DNA of 63,918 bases, counting the filler, from Atractiella rhizophila (lineage: Eukaryota): assembly GCA_021432655.1 (NCBI GenBank). It is 8 parts of 7 records of this genome, joined end to end, with 100 filler letters (N's around TTAATTAATTAA, not from the genome) between each part and the next. Parts side by side here need not be neighbours in the genome. Positions count along the whole stretch, not along the records: positions 1 to 12,491 come from MU271500.1; positions 12,592 to 22,822 come from MU271501.1; positions 22,923 to 32,015 come from MU271504.1; 5 more parts are not named here. One strand, 5' to 3'. Positions 11,503-24,314 of this stretch are shown here, piece by piece (position 1 is the stretch's first letter; each line of letters opens with the position of its first letter). The notes below the pieces were generated by a model that saw only the letters and a list, made by a program, of their open reading frames with translations, did not search any database and had not been told where the DNA came from. Both the position numbers and the translations under genes were made by a program.

Positions 11503-12491
11503 TCAGACACCCTTTGGGCGAATATGGAAATCGTAATCGTCTTTTGACGGGCTTATGATCTCCGGACTGTCCATTCCCATATCCATGCCTGCTTCCAATT
11601 CCCGCTGCGATCGTGGAGAGAGAGGTGACTGCCTAGGCGACATCATGTAGGTGGCAGAATTCGGGTACTGAGGAGTTTTAGGATCGATGTCCAAAGCAGT
11701 TTCGCGCTTCTCACCGCTCGAAGATTCGTTTTGTTGTTTCTCGTACAAAGTGAGAACGTGAGTGCTACTTAGAAAGCATCGTAAAGATCTGGCAGAAGGG
11801 AAGAGAAAAACAAAGACGAACTCCACTCGAACTCCCATCTCCAGCGCCGCTCCGCTTTGCATCTTATGCCGGATACTCTTGTTGGCTCCAGTCCCGCCAG
11901 GAGCTCCCCCTGATCTTCCTCTTCCGCTCTGAGACGCTCCGCCACCACTGGAATTTCCACCTGAGCGCGATCGAGAGCCGTTAGAAGGATCTCGGAGGGA
12001 AAGGACGACGTGTTGAGCCATTACTACATGCGAGCGCTTCAATATCACGTTGGAAAGAAGGAAGTGAGAAAGGCTGACTGCTATTCATAGCGACAGCAAT
12101 GGTCGCTCCGATGCTTTGAAGTCCCGAAGAGCTTGGAAGTGACCAAAAGACGCAGTTGACAACGTTGAAAGCGGTGACAACGAGCAGATAGATGAGACCC
12201 TCTTTCAAAAGGAAGGCGGAAAATGGTGGCCAGAAGCCAGAACCTGACATCTGCAAGTCATTCGCGTTGAGTAGGCAGTAGCGAACGGTGGGGAGCACTC
12301 ACATTTTTGAAAAGCTGCGCCGAAGTCAGGATCGTAAGCAGCAAGTCGAACGATAAATTTGCAGCGTAGAAGATGATGGCAATTCTGTGCGTCAATTCGC
12401 CCAGTTAGTGTTTTGGGTGGCTGCAGGATGCGAACGCTCACTTTGGATGAGGATTGCCTCCACTGCACGTGCCACTTTTTGTTGAGATTGT
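11503..12491 (-). CDS. 3' part of a multi-pass membrane protein (basidiomycete 7TM-like family), 5' truncated at contig end
   Basis: AFLLKEGLIYLLVVTAFNVVNCVFWSL..LQSIGATIAVAMN|VVMAQHVVLSLRD, followed by a Gly/Ser-rich tail. Confidence 0.55.
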
Positions 12492-12591
12492 NNNNNNNNN
12501 NNNNNNNNNNNNNNNNNNNNNNNNNNNNNNNNNNNTTAATTAATTAANNNNNNNNNNNNNNNNNNNNNNNNNNNNNNNNNNNNNNNNNNNN
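12492..12591. other. Artificial contig-joining linker
   Basis: 100 nt of N with a central TTAATTAATTAA (stop codons in all six frames). Confidence 0.97.
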
Positions 12592-14730
12592 AGCCCGGGA
12601 TCCGTAGCCCATCTAAATTCTGTTTAGGCTTCAACCACGATGCAAAGACAGTACGCACTGAAGCGTAGTCAGGGTGTGTCGCAATTCGGACAACTCTGCC
12701 ACCAGAAAGAGATGCGAATTCGTCATCTTGAAACTATAGTAACTTCTCAGCGAGTGAACGATGAAAATCTCCTGCGCACCTGCTGGGAAAGGGTCCATGG
12801 AATGAGATCTCCTCCAGGTTGCAATCCGCGAGAGAGTGACTTCCTAATTGCCTCACGTGAAATGCGACCCTCGAGAGCAACCTAAAGCACATCAGACCAC
12901 ACTTTAAACGGCAAGCGGTGTACCTGGAGGACAACTAATGGCTCCGGAAGACTGCCATCCTCTTTTATCGGAGGCAACAGGACGAAGAGGTTGTGTGCCG
13001 GCGCATCAGACATGAGCTGCAAGTCGTTGGGAGAATTTTTGTAGTGGCTAGAAACATACAGGCCCATCATCCGCTGGAGAAATGCTTCACTGGCAGGATG
13101 GAAAGAGAAAAGGGTGTCCCGTTCTACGTAATAAAGTTCACAAGTCGAGGGATGTGGGCAGCCTTGCGGGTTCTTGCTGGTGAGAGACGAGCCTATTTTC
13201 GTATCCAGGCACAACAGCTGATTGAGCCAAGCCTCCACAGGGTCGTCTCGCCCATAACGTATCGGTTCCTCCAAATTGGTTTCTCGAAATACCTTCACAT
13301 CTTTTCGTACAGGATCCTTTCCTCCTTGGACAGAAGAAGGTTCTGTAGCTGCCTTCCGTAGTTGCTGTAGCAGTTTCAGGGAAAGAGAACGACCGGTCCC
13401 TTCATATCCACTAACGGTCGACGACATGAAAACAAGATATGGTCCGAGCAGAGCGCGGACGAGTGGAAGGGGGATGGCGGCTGCTTCGTCAATCACGAGA
13501 AGCTCAGCTTGACCTAGGACTTGCGAATCTTCTGGTCGAATGTACTGCACACGATGTCATGCTTAGATTTACTGTGATACTTTAGACAACTTACTTGAAT
13601 TGTCTGACGATGATTTCTAAAAAGGTTGACTCGAACGACTGCACCTTTCCAAGCTGTGGACGTCGATTGAACGACATCGTAATGGAGATGTTCTTTGTAT
13701 CCAAGCTGATCCAACCCCTTGAAGAGGAACTCGAAGAGCGTTCCTAAATTCTCTGGAGAAGGCGATGTCACGTATATATTGGCATACGAATTTGCAATCG
13801 CCAGAGCAAGTGCCAACCCGAGCGCCGCTGACTTTCCACGACCTCGACCAGCTGTCAACGCCACCATGGAAGACGCTCGCCGATCTGTTATTGCTTCCGA
13901 GAACAGTAAGAGCGCCTTCGCCTGATCCACCGTTTTCGCTTCGTTGACTACTGGCCCAGTGGGGACAACGTCTTTTAAGCTTTCTTTGACCTTTGCAAGA
14001 TCCTCTGATTGGCGATTCGGCTTTGATTCTGGTTTCACTCGGTCGGTCTGAGAAATAGGTAGAATATTAAGTTCGTCATCTACTACTAAGCAGCCCAGGT
14101 TATTACCGAGAGAAAGGATGAATCGTTCGTTGAAACGAGGGACGGGATCTTCTGAAGACTCTGTACGATAGCGATCATGGACGTCCATCGACATACTGTA
14201 GAGTTGCCTTAAGTTCCGCATTCCCTGCAGGATGAGGACAACAAGGCCGCCGCCTTTCACAGTTTCAATGGTTCTCGCGAGAATGTTGGGGGTGATTGCT
14301 TCGAAATCTTGCAGTACGAGCATTCCGAAGGTCTGACCAAGTATTTTGTGGGTGTCCTTGTAATATGTGTATCGAATATCTGTCACTGAAACGAAAAGCT
14401 CGAAGGGGTCCATATCATTTTGATCTCGGATTCCGCGCTTGACATCCCGCTTGATCTTCTCTTGTCGAACTTTGCGATTGGTTGTGAAACCAAGCTCCTT
14501 TTTGTAGCAAAACAGGACATTCGGCCGGGTGGTCTGCTTCTGCGCCAGCAAAAAATGCAAGTTGACAATTTGATTGTGGGCCTTTGCGCGGTCTCCCACG
14601 AGCACTATGAAAGACCGGTGGTTGTTTTCGATGCCTCGCGAAATGAGGTCAAGTATTCGGTCGTCTCTTCAAGCACGTCAGAATGGCTCCATGAGCAGCA
14701 GCTAATGGTTTACAGAGGTTTACGAGGCAT
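12592..14730 (-). CDS. KRE33: RNA cytidine acetyltransferase Kre33/NAT10, 3' truncated at contig edge
   Basis: MPRKPL|DDRI..NNHRSFIVLVGD, ILGQTFGMLVLQDFEAITPNILARTIETV, ALTAGRGRGKSAALG, LLVIDEAAAIPLP, SHYKNSPNDLQLMSDAPAH. Confidence 0.97.
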
Positions 14731-15392
14731 CCTGAGCAAGTTGGAAGCTCCAATGTAAGCTCTACAGCAAGAAGACAACAATCTGTCAGCTTTGCTCCAA
14801 AGTGTACGCCATAAGTGCGTCGCAGCAAGTTCAACGCATGACGGCAGAGTTTACAACAGCACCCATATCACATATTTGCAGAACCGTACCTTTATTCAAG
14901 CTCCAAGCAAGTAACCAATGTGGTGTGTTTACCACTCCAGCACCAAATCCCTAAGATGCTAAACTTAACAACAACGCCTTTCCCCGCGTGTACTGTATTC
15001 CTAGAATATGCAGTTGCAGATGCCTACTCGCCACGAACCTCTGGTGTTGGTTTTGTTGCGAAAATTTTTGTGAGGAGCAACGATCCAAGATAAAGTTCAC
15101 GAATGCGGCACTCACCCCTGCCAGCTCTTCGTGCATTGATCACTGATATCGGGACGAGATCTTAAGTCAGCCCTTCAGTAGATAAGGCCATGCATATGAC
15201 GGATGTAAAGGGACCGTGTCATTCTTTATGTGGACGATATCCTTCAGATAAGTAGAAACAGGCCACCCATACAACAACAGTTTCTCAGCCAGGTCGACAA
15301 GACAATTCAAACAATCTTTCAAATCCTCCAGAGCCATAATTACCCCAACACCCACTTTTGATAGAAATCATAGCTCACGTGCACTAGATCAA

Positions 15393-15866
15393 TTACTTAA
15401 TGGCTAAGAGCTCAACTTCGAACGTAAGGGTCGCGTTTGGGGGGATGATCGGGGGATATCCTAATTGAAAGATCAGCTTAAGGAGAGAAAGAAAGTTGCA
15501 CATACCCTTGGCTCCGTAAGCGTAATCGGCAGAGCAGATAAGGCGCGCTTTCTCTGTTCGCAACTCGCATCAAATTAATTGATATAGTTTGAGACGTCAT
15601 ACCTCCAACAGATAGTTGTACGACGCCTATCGCTCCGTGAGTACGAGTCGCAAGATCAAAATTAATACGACAGAATTACCTTCATCCCATCCACGGACAA
15701 CGCGGCCAACTCCAATGGGAGTCTCGAAGGGGCTTCCTCTATCGCGACTGGAGTCGAATTTCGAGCCATCGGTGAGTGTTCCGACGTAGTGAATGACAAC
15801 GGTCTGTCCCTTTTTGGGGTACGTCTTTCCGTCACCGGGACTGATTCTCTCGATTTCAACTCCCAT
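15393..15866 (-). CDS. FPR1: FKBP12 peptidyl-prolyl isomerase
   Basis: [52 protein letters not shown]; last exons [29 protein letters not shown]. Confidence 0.96.
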
Positions 15867-16264
15867 TTTTATATCTGCCCTGGCGATCAGATATCTGTGC
15901 TCAACAGGACTCGGGACGAGTACCAGTAAGATGTTTTATCTGATCCGCCTGATTAGCATCCGAGAAATAGATCTTTTGAGCACGCTTACAAGTAATCCTT
16001 GCGGAATAAAATCTTTGTGACTCTCAGATTTGAGGCGACAGCGATGGTAGATCCAGGGAAAGTTGATTGAAGATCGTCTTTTTCCGACCACCCGAACTTG
16101 AGCCTTCCTCGCCAAACTTCTGCGGATCCTGCTCACTATTCACGACCTCGCTACACAGTTTGGAAACAGCTCCAATCAACGCGGTTTCCAACAGCCCTTG
16201 CCCTCTTAACCCCCCCTGACACCCTCCAAACCTCCACGTGCGGTTGTGGTGAATCGACTTCAAA

Positions 16265-18030
16265 ATGGCTCGAGGACTTTTCGCGCAGTCCTTCAGAGGC
16301 CTGGATGCCTTTGGCAAGGTATGCGTTCTGTTGGAATGACGGGAATGGGTGTAACGTACATTGTAGACCATGGAGGATGTAAAGGTCAAGACTGGCTTTG
16401 GCGGAATGCGTTAGTGCCCTTTCTGCCTACGTGGAACTTGGCGCAGTAACAACATTTCTGGTTGGATTGGGTGCTGTTGCTATTTCCTTACAGTCACACT
16501 CTTCTCTTTCTGCCTAATCCTCGCCCTTACTCTCATTGAACTTCTCGACTACCGACGGATAACGCTGAGACCGTCAATCGTAGTCGACAAGAGCCGGGGA
16601 GAGAAACTGAGTGTGTCAATGAATATCACTTTTCCAAGAGTGCCATGCTATTGTGAGTTATACTGACACCATTACTTGTGGAATATGTTGACTTCTTCCG
16701 CAGTGCTTAGCATTGACATTATGGACATTAGCGGGGAGCACCAAAATGGTAATTACTTAAACTGCATTTTCACCATATTTGCTGACGCTTCAAACAGATG
16801 TGAACCACGACATCACCAAAACACGATTAGATCAACAAGGAAACCCGGTCGAGGCTGTGGGCATTAAGGGTACACTTTCCATGCATTGTGGACAACGTTG
16901 TTGACATTTACTTTTCAGGTTTGAAGGGAGAGTTTGAGCGTGTCGCTGCATCCAACGACCCGAATTGTTTGTCTTTTCACTTGTTGCAACCACACAGAAA
17001 GAGTACTCAAGCCCAGGCTAGACTGCGGCTCATGCTACGGCGGTGCACCTCCAGCTAGCGGTTGTTGTAATACCTGCGAAGAAGTACGGGAAGCTTATGT
17101 TCGAAGAGGATGGAGCTTTGTGAACCCAGATTCAGTTGATCAAGTAGGCTGTTTCTTTTCATACATAAGCGTATACCCACACATTCTATCTCTAGTGTGT
17201 AAAGGAAGGTTGGACGGACAAGATAGCGAAGCAGAACACTGAAGGGTGCAATGTCGCTGGTTTGGTTCGCGTCAACAAAGTTATCGGGAATTTTCACCTC
17301 TCTCCGGGAAGGTCGTTCCAAAGTAACGCGATGCATGTTCACGATTTGGTGCCCTACCTTCAAGGAGGCAAACAACACGATTTCGGGCATATTATCCACC
17401 GATTTAGTTTCGGGACAGGACAAGAAGGAGGGTATGAGGACGACTCGTCATATTCGAAGCAAAAGAAGTATAGGGAGCAACTGGGCATTGTCAACCCTCT
17501 CGATGGTCTACGGGCACACACGGAGGAAAGTAACTAGTGCGTTTGTTTTCCTCCATTTGTCGATTCTTCGTTAACACGCTGCATGAAGCATGTTTCAATA
17601 TTTCCTCAAGGTGGTCGGCACCAAGTTCAAGTTTTTGAATGGCGAAGAAGTAGGAACGCATCAATACAGCGTGACCCAATACGAACGGGATTTAAGTAGC
17701 GACAGTGGACCAATGGACGCAGTGCACCACACGAGTCACGGCTACGCAGGAGTCCCAGGGTTAGTTCCTCTGCTGTCCCTCTCTCCATTATGTTTACAAA
17801 GCGGCAACAGGGTCTTCTTCTCGTACGAGATCTCACCCATGCTTGTAACACACGCGGAGACACGGGAGTCGCTCGCGCACTTCCTTTCTTCGACATGTGC
17901 AATCGTCGGAGGAGTGCTGACGGTCGCAGGAATGATCGATAAACTGGTTTACAGTGGACGACAGAGATTGAAGCTGAGTGGGAAGTCTGAAGGTATGGGA
18001 TTCGCGTCTGCGAGTGGGAAGTTTCTGTGA
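16265..18030 (+). CDS. ERV46: ER-Golgi vesicle protein Erv46/ERGIC3
   Basis: MARGLFAQSFRGLDAFGK, CGSCYGG..CCNTCEEVREAY, VNKVIGNFHLSPGRSFQ, MFQYFLKVVGT, VFFSYEISPM, CAIVGGVLTVAGMID; many short introns. Confidence 0.95.
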
Positions 18031-18177
18031 TATAGATGCAACTAGTATTCGTTCCCAATTGTTCCGTGTCACCGCCATGAAGGCCACACCAAGTTGAGCA
18101 TAAAGTGTGCCCGTATTTGTCCCGTTGTATGAAACACTCCACACAACTTAGCTGGACCATCCAAGCAGAACCTCGCC

Positions 18178-18671
18178 ATGCCTTTCTCCCACGTAGCCTT
18201 CGTTGGCCTCATCGTGCTCCTCGCCGGAGTTGCATCCTGGTACCTAACCCCTGCGAAAGCCTTTCGGTTCAACCCGGACAATGTTCTGTGCGTCTTCTCC
18301 TTTCGCTCTGGTTCCTGCTTTAAAGGGTGGCCTGACGCGCTATTACTTGTTGTCTATGCACGTCGGACGCTAACTGTTCCTGTTTGGGTGGGAATAGTGT
18401 CATACGCACTTCCATTCTCCTAACCCTCGTCAGCTGTTATCTTATGTGCGCCGTCCCTCCTCTGCTCTCCCTTCTTCTCATGTTATTGTGATGGCTCGAT
18501 AGGTGGGCTATCGTCTACCTCGCACAAATGAATCCGCTTGTTGGTGCGCTCCTCCTTACCAGTGGGAAAGCTATGTGTTGACTTATTTTCCATGTAGCGC
18601 CAATACGTTCCAATCTGAGGGTTGCCGAAGAGCCTGAAGGAGCGAGAAAGATCTCTATGTGGCAGCTATGA
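18178..18671 (+). CDS. VMA9: V-ATPase subunit e
   Basis: Small multi-exon hydrophobic protein: IVLLAGVASWYLTP, IRTSILLTLVSCYLM|WAIVYLAQMNPLV|APIR. Confidence 0.88.
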
Positions 18672-18936
18672 TGTCTCCCGCATACAACAGCTTTTGGTGG
18701 GCCGTTTTCTTCCTGTTACAATGGGAAGCTGTGTTGAAGCTTGTGGTAGAGGTCAGGATCCTTACGGGGAACTTTCAAGGCAGTCAAGGATTCAGAGTTC
18801 AGACGTCCAAGGTCGGAGCTGGCGCAGTGTAGTAATATCAGGCATTAATATTCATTCAATCTGCATATCATTCGAGATCCCCTATACAACATGGATACAA
18901 AGCAAAAGAATTAAAAACCCCCAAACAGATAATGAT

Positions 18937-19724
18937 TCAAACCACCGCAGGTTCCTCAGACGATGACTTCTCCTCCTTCTGTTTCTCTTCGCCAGAGCTA
19001 GACAATGAGGACGCCGCAGAAGGAGCTTTGACAGGCTTCTCCTTTTCCTTTTTGTCTTCAGGATTCAGTTTCTTCTTCTTCAGTGCTATTGAATGGACGT
19101 CAGTGTCTCTCCTTGCAACAAAAACAAACAGAACAGCATACCAGCACCAAGGGCATTCCTCACTTTGTCACCCCGCTTCCTTCCTTCCTCGACCTCGCTC
19201 GCGTCCAACTTCCTCTTCTTAGTCATACTCCCCTCCACCTTTCCGTCCACCTTCTCCTCCAGCCTCCTGACCTCCTCTTTCAAGTCTTCTAATCTCTTCC
19301 TCTCCTCCTCCGCCCTCTTCCTCTCCCTCTCTGGCAACGAGTTCAGATACTCCTCCAGCTTCTTAGCCTCCTTCACCGTGCCCAACCGTCTGCCCTCGAG
19401 GTCTCGGCACGAGTTGTAGTCCTCCTCTCCCTTCCTCTTCCGCGAACTCATCCGTCCTCCAGCGGCGCGGAGCTGGGAGCCGAAACCGCCTTTGCCACCG
19501 CGCATGAGCGGTACCACTCGGATGGTCTGGCCATGAGGGAGCTGGGAGAGCGTTCCGTCGGATGGGAGTGCGCGACCTGAGAGCAAGGAGAGGGAGGAGG
19601 AGTGGGCAGGGACGAGGGGTGAGAGAAGGTGAGGGAGACAGGCGAGGGGAAGCGCGGAAGGGAGGGTGAGTGTGATGGTGGGGAAGGGGTGGATAGACTG
19701 GATGAACACTTGTTGGATGTCCAT
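18937..19724 (-). CDS. SDE2: Sde2 (ubiquitin-fold-activated splicing factor)
   Basis: Ubiquitin-fold N-terminus ending MRGGKGGFGSQLRAAGGRMSS (the GG|KGG cleavage signature), then SCRDLEGRRL. Confidence 0.92.
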
Positions 19725-19955
19725 TCTCCTGGATAAACTGTTGTCAATAAGGACAGCTAAGGAATTCGTCGAGTTGGTCGTTGCGTTTCCTGCCATGAGT
19801 AAATGTTGAAGGAAGTTAATGACACTTGATGCATTTCCGCATTCCGCAACAACGAGACCATTGCGTGACCAGATTCAAAGTGAATACTTCAAAGATAACA
19901 TATATAAAGATAAGTCGGGTTGGAACAGTCAGGAGATATCAGCGAAGCAAGGGTC

Positions 19956-21278
19956 ATGACACAAGCGTCGACTTCAAAGCGTCGAATATCATTCTGTCCA
20001 GCCGTCGAGCCAACCCTGCCCACCTCCATCGAAGAGGACGATGAGCTCTTCCAAGCGCTGCTCGACGATGAGAATAGGTAAGTGTCTTTCCATCTGCAAG
20101 TCGGGAAGTGAATCTTGAGCTGGCACAGCCTGGTGGAAGAGCTGCATGCAAAGCTGGAGAAGCTGAGAGCCGATCGCATCGCTCTCGAAGCGACCGTCGA
20201 ACAGGAATCTTCCGAGCTCGTCTCCAGGCTACAAGCACAACTCCGCGCCTTGCTATCCTCCACCCCTCAGCCCTACTCCTTGTCTCCCCCCGATCCGGCC
20301 ACCCCGCAGACCCCATTCTTTGAGCCCGGCTCCCCCAATTCCCTCGAACCGCATTCACATGCACATTCGCATTCTGCCCAGCGCAGTGAGCAACAGACAC
20401 AGCTGTCGATGCGCCGTGGGAGCGTCGAGAGTCTGCAAAGCGAGAATAGGGAGCTGCGGAACAGGCTGGAGGAATACGAGGCGCTCGCGAGGGATGGAGA
20501 GCGGTGGAGGAGGGAGCTGATTGAGTTGCGTGAGAGGTGCGGTATTGGGACGGACGACTTGCATCATCGATTGGGCGATCCGACCCCTGGTTTGGCGCTG
20601 CGCTATCCGGCCACCCATCGCCCGCCAAACACACAGTCCACAGTGCTATACTCATCCTCTGGACCTCGCTCTCGCCAATCCTTTTCCGGCACAAACGGAC
20701 GCTCACGCTCCGCCTCCAAAGCCGCAAACGGGAGTACCTCTCCCTCTCCTCGTCTCCCATCCTTCACGTCCTTGTCCACCTCCCCACTCTCCCCCATATC
20801 TCCCGCCGAAGTAGACTCGACCTCTTCCCTCCCCTCTGCCGCACGCACCACCCTAACAACACCTTCTACATCCTATGTACCCACCCTCGTCCCCCCGTCC
20901 TCTCCACAGCAGCGCTCTCCATCGAGCTCGATCGTCACACTCCTACCTCTGACCTCTGCCTTAGGAGGGAACACTCGAGTTGCGTCTGCAGTTGGGTTCA
21001 GCCGACACCCGCGCCGTCCGAGCGCAAGCACCTTTCTCCCGCCTCACACCAGGGCGAGGGCTCCTTCCACCTCGAGGGTGAACGCGAATGGCACCGTGGG
21101 CGGCGTCGGCGTGGGAATGTCGAGGTCGAGAGGAAGCAGCCAGAGCCGTGTAGGCGTGGGTGCCGTCGCGACCAATATGCCGTTGTTTTTGAGCGATGAG
21201 GACTTGAGCGATGGGTTTGGAGAGATCATGAGAGGGCGTGGAGACGCCAATCAGGGGTGGATCGCACGGCGTTGGTGA
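19956..21278 (+). CDS. Coiled-coil protein, CCDC6/DUF2046-like, with Ser/Pro-rich tail
   Basis: Short exon 1 with GTAAGT donor at about 20078, then LVEELHAKLEKLRADRIALEATVEQESSELVSRLQ in a long open frame. Confidence 0.55.
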
Positions 21279-22086
21279 GGGGAGTGGAGAATTGAGTAGG
21301 AAGAGTAGTGGAAAGAGTAGTTGGGGTCACGGTCGAGGACGAGGAGGTGATTGTTGACTGATCACTGGAGCACGAACAATAGAAGANNNNNNNNNNNNNN
21401 NNNNNNNNNNNGATTGTTGACTGATCACTGCAGCACGAACAATAGAAAGAGACCCAACCATCTCAGATGAAAGTGCTATAGCGGAATAATACAGTGATGG
21501 GTTCGATGCAGCTCGTTCGTTTTTTTTTTGAGATATAAGTAATTTGATTGTTTCGTTCGTCGATTCCTTCATTCGAGAGTCTTTTCCTTAGCTTAGTCTA
21601 ATAGGTACACACTCAGAATTCGTATTTGCATTGTAACTGCTGTATCATACTATCGTTACCCATGCAGTTCCAAGTAATGCATCGTTTCCCAACTCGGAGA
21701 CTAGCGGGCCTGCAATCCGTTCAAGCAGCGTCAAGGGAGAAACTGTATCACGTGCCCTACTCAGACCAGACTCGAGACCAGACTCGAGACTAGGGGGGGT
21801 TGGACGTGCTAGCTGTGGACGGGGATGAGGATAGGTTTAGACTACGGTAGTTGCACGTTCGATGTAGCGGACGACGATAGGGCTGTACATACAAGCAACC
21901 AGATAAGATGAAGTACTCCTCTGAGGAGAACGATAGAATTTTATACATGAGTGAAAAGGCAAGTAGCAGCATATCCGTAAAAGTAAGACGAGCGAACCGA
22001 GACCCAAGGCATAGTAATACAAGATCCGAAAGTAAACAAGAAGACAAACAGAGAGAAACTATGGGAGAGGAGGGCAGGGCAGTAAA

Positions 22087-22193
22087 AAAGTGCTGTTAGC
22101 TTCAACGACGACGTTGGTGGTTGCGAGCAGCTAACATACCTAACAGGAAAAGTGCTGTTCGACTTCAACGACGACGTTGGTGGTTGCGAGCAG
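22087..22193. repeat. Imperfect direct repeat of about 47 bp, period about 61 bp
   Basis: AAAAGTGCTGTT(AG/CGA)CTTCAACGACGACGTTGGTGGTTGCGAGCAGCT occurs twice. Confidence 0.85.
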
Positions 22194-22822
22194 CTGGACG
22201 GAAGGAGGGATCCGATCGTGACCTCCTTTTGTAGCTGCGCAAGGGCCCCACGTCTTGTTAACAGTGCACCCAGCACTTTCAACAAAAACGACTTACGCAA
22301 AAGGAAACGCGGTTTGTCAGAATGCTCGCCGTCGAGCTCCTGATCGAAACTGCATTTCCTAAGCTGACCGTCAGCTATGACCAGGTCGACCTGGGGACTC
22401 TGCTTACCTAGCCCGGTAGGTAGCGTAGAGGGAGACGACTCCATGGACGCGAAGCGCCAGCAGTGGTGTTGTGAGCGAACGTCCCGCACGCAGCACGTAC
22501 AACTGGTGTAATCCTTGCATTAAACTCGATTAAGAATGGATTGGCAGGAGATGAGTACGACTACGACTACAAGTTATCTGTGTAAGAAATCAAACCAAAC
22601 AAGAAGTGTCTGATTGGCTAGGCCCGAACTCGAACTCGAGTCTTGGGATGGAGCCGCACCACGCCGAGCAGCGGCGTTTATCGGTGATTTACTCATCTGG
22701 CTGCGGAATTGGCGCATTATTTTTCGCCAAAAACGACCAAATTCCAGAGATCATTTCGTGGAGGTAAGGTGAGTAAGCCGTACCTTATAAAAGCGGTGCG
22801 GTTCACTGATTGCACTTCTTCG

Positions 22823-22922
22823 NNNNNNNNNNNNNNNNNNNNNNNNNNNNNNNNNNNNNNNNNNNNTTAATTAATTAANNNNNNNNNNNNNNNNNNNNNN
22901 NNNNNNNNNNNNNNNNNNNNNN
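22823..22922. other. Artificial contig-joining linker
   Basis: N-TTAATTAATTAA-N, 100 nt. Confidence 0.97.
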
Positions 22923-23679
22923 AGATGCGTTGATCGCCAGCAACACTGCAGTTTTGAGACAGCGTCGGCATTACCATCTCCGTCCCAACCATCGCTTTCG
23001 GTGGATCCATACGTGAACGTGCCCATCCCTATCGTCGCATCCACCAGCCATGCTTTTGCAAATCCAACCTTGGAAACAAAATCGAAAAGAAGGACAGCTT
23101 GTGGTCAGTCTTTCACGCTCCTATCTTTTTATGGACTAACTTTATAGCATTTACCGGTCAACAGATCTCTGCCACAACAAGAAACGCAAATGCCATCTGC
23201 CTCCGGGAGTGCAACCAAACACGGGCATTGCATGCGTCACCTGTGCGGCGTCCAAGAAGAAGCACAAGTGTAGCTTTGAACCCGAAGTCACTGTATCCAT
23301 GCATTCTGTTCAACAGAATCAGAGTGCTATCTCAGACCTTGTGCCGTTAGCAACTGCCACAAAAAAAACCAGCTCAGGGTCAAGTTCAAAAGTGATATTT
23401 GACGACGCAACATTGGATCTAATTTTTGGATCTATACCACCTGTGAACACCACGACTGCGACAGCTAGCGACAGCATTACGATGCTCGATACAAACAACT
23501 TCAGTCCATCGAAAGCTCCGGATCTGGACGTCTCATATCTGGATACAGTAGAAAGTTCGCCATGGCCCGAAACTTCTCGCGCATCTGCAGCCTCCTCAAC
23601 CCAAACGGTTGGTAATGAAACTTGGGAGGAGCTGTTGGAGAACTTTCCTGTCACCCAACAGGAAGAGGATGGAAAGTGA
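22923..23679 (+). CDS. Zn(II)2Cys6 transcription factor, 5' truncated
   Basis: Splicing about 23104-23164 gives KRRTACDLCHNKKRKCHLPPGVQPNTGIACVTCAASKKKHKCSF, a six-Cys binuclear cluster. Confidence 0.8.
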
Positions 23680-24314
23680 GGATACGCCTCTGGGTATCAA
23701 TTACCGTGGCGCTCTGCTGTCGCGTAGAGACGTGCGGGCCCATTCTACTTACACCGGTCTTTGTTATATCTCTGTAGCAAGGCCACAAACATAGAGTTGG
23801 AGGATAGGCTGATTCATATTGCAAGTATAGTTCATAGTATGTGAGGTAAACACTGGACAAACCAGAGTGCTCCGCAACTCTGTCCCTGCAAATAGAAAAG
23901 TTAGCTTCAATTGATCACATCTCCAGGATAAACGAATGGAAAGATCAGATAAATAACGCAGGATAAATTTAACATCTCTGCTCGCGGTCGAGCTCTGAAA
24001 TCTCAAGTAGAAAGAAGCTTTTTCATCACACCTTCCGCTCTAATAACTGGAATAAAACAAATGCTTACCAGATTATCCTATCATTCACTTCCAGCACCTG
24101 CCTGCGTATTCTCCTTGCTTCGACGTTGTGACAGAGTTTTCGATTGATGCACATTGATGAACATGGCGCAATCTGGTCACGTGAACAAGAAGAGCTCTTA
24201 GGACGTTTTGATAAATTGGTCAAATGTACTACAGACAGATGAATGTAAACAAGCTCAAAAGACAAAGGTGTCAACTTATACAGAGAGATAAGTGGAATAT
24301 TTGACAGCGGCCCA

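Noticed and set aside
12536..12547. TTAATTAATTAA palindrome recurring seven times
   Set aside because: Always centred in a 100-nt N block; an assembly linker, not biology.
21349..21448. Duplicated ~38-bp sequence on both sides of a 25-N gap
   Set aside because: Most simply an overlap of contig ends at a scaffolding gap.
22615..22700. B-box-like GAGTTCGAGTTC on the minus strand (similar GGTTCGAAC near 62512)
   Set aside because: No cloverleaf or acceptor stem could be built, so not called as tRNA.
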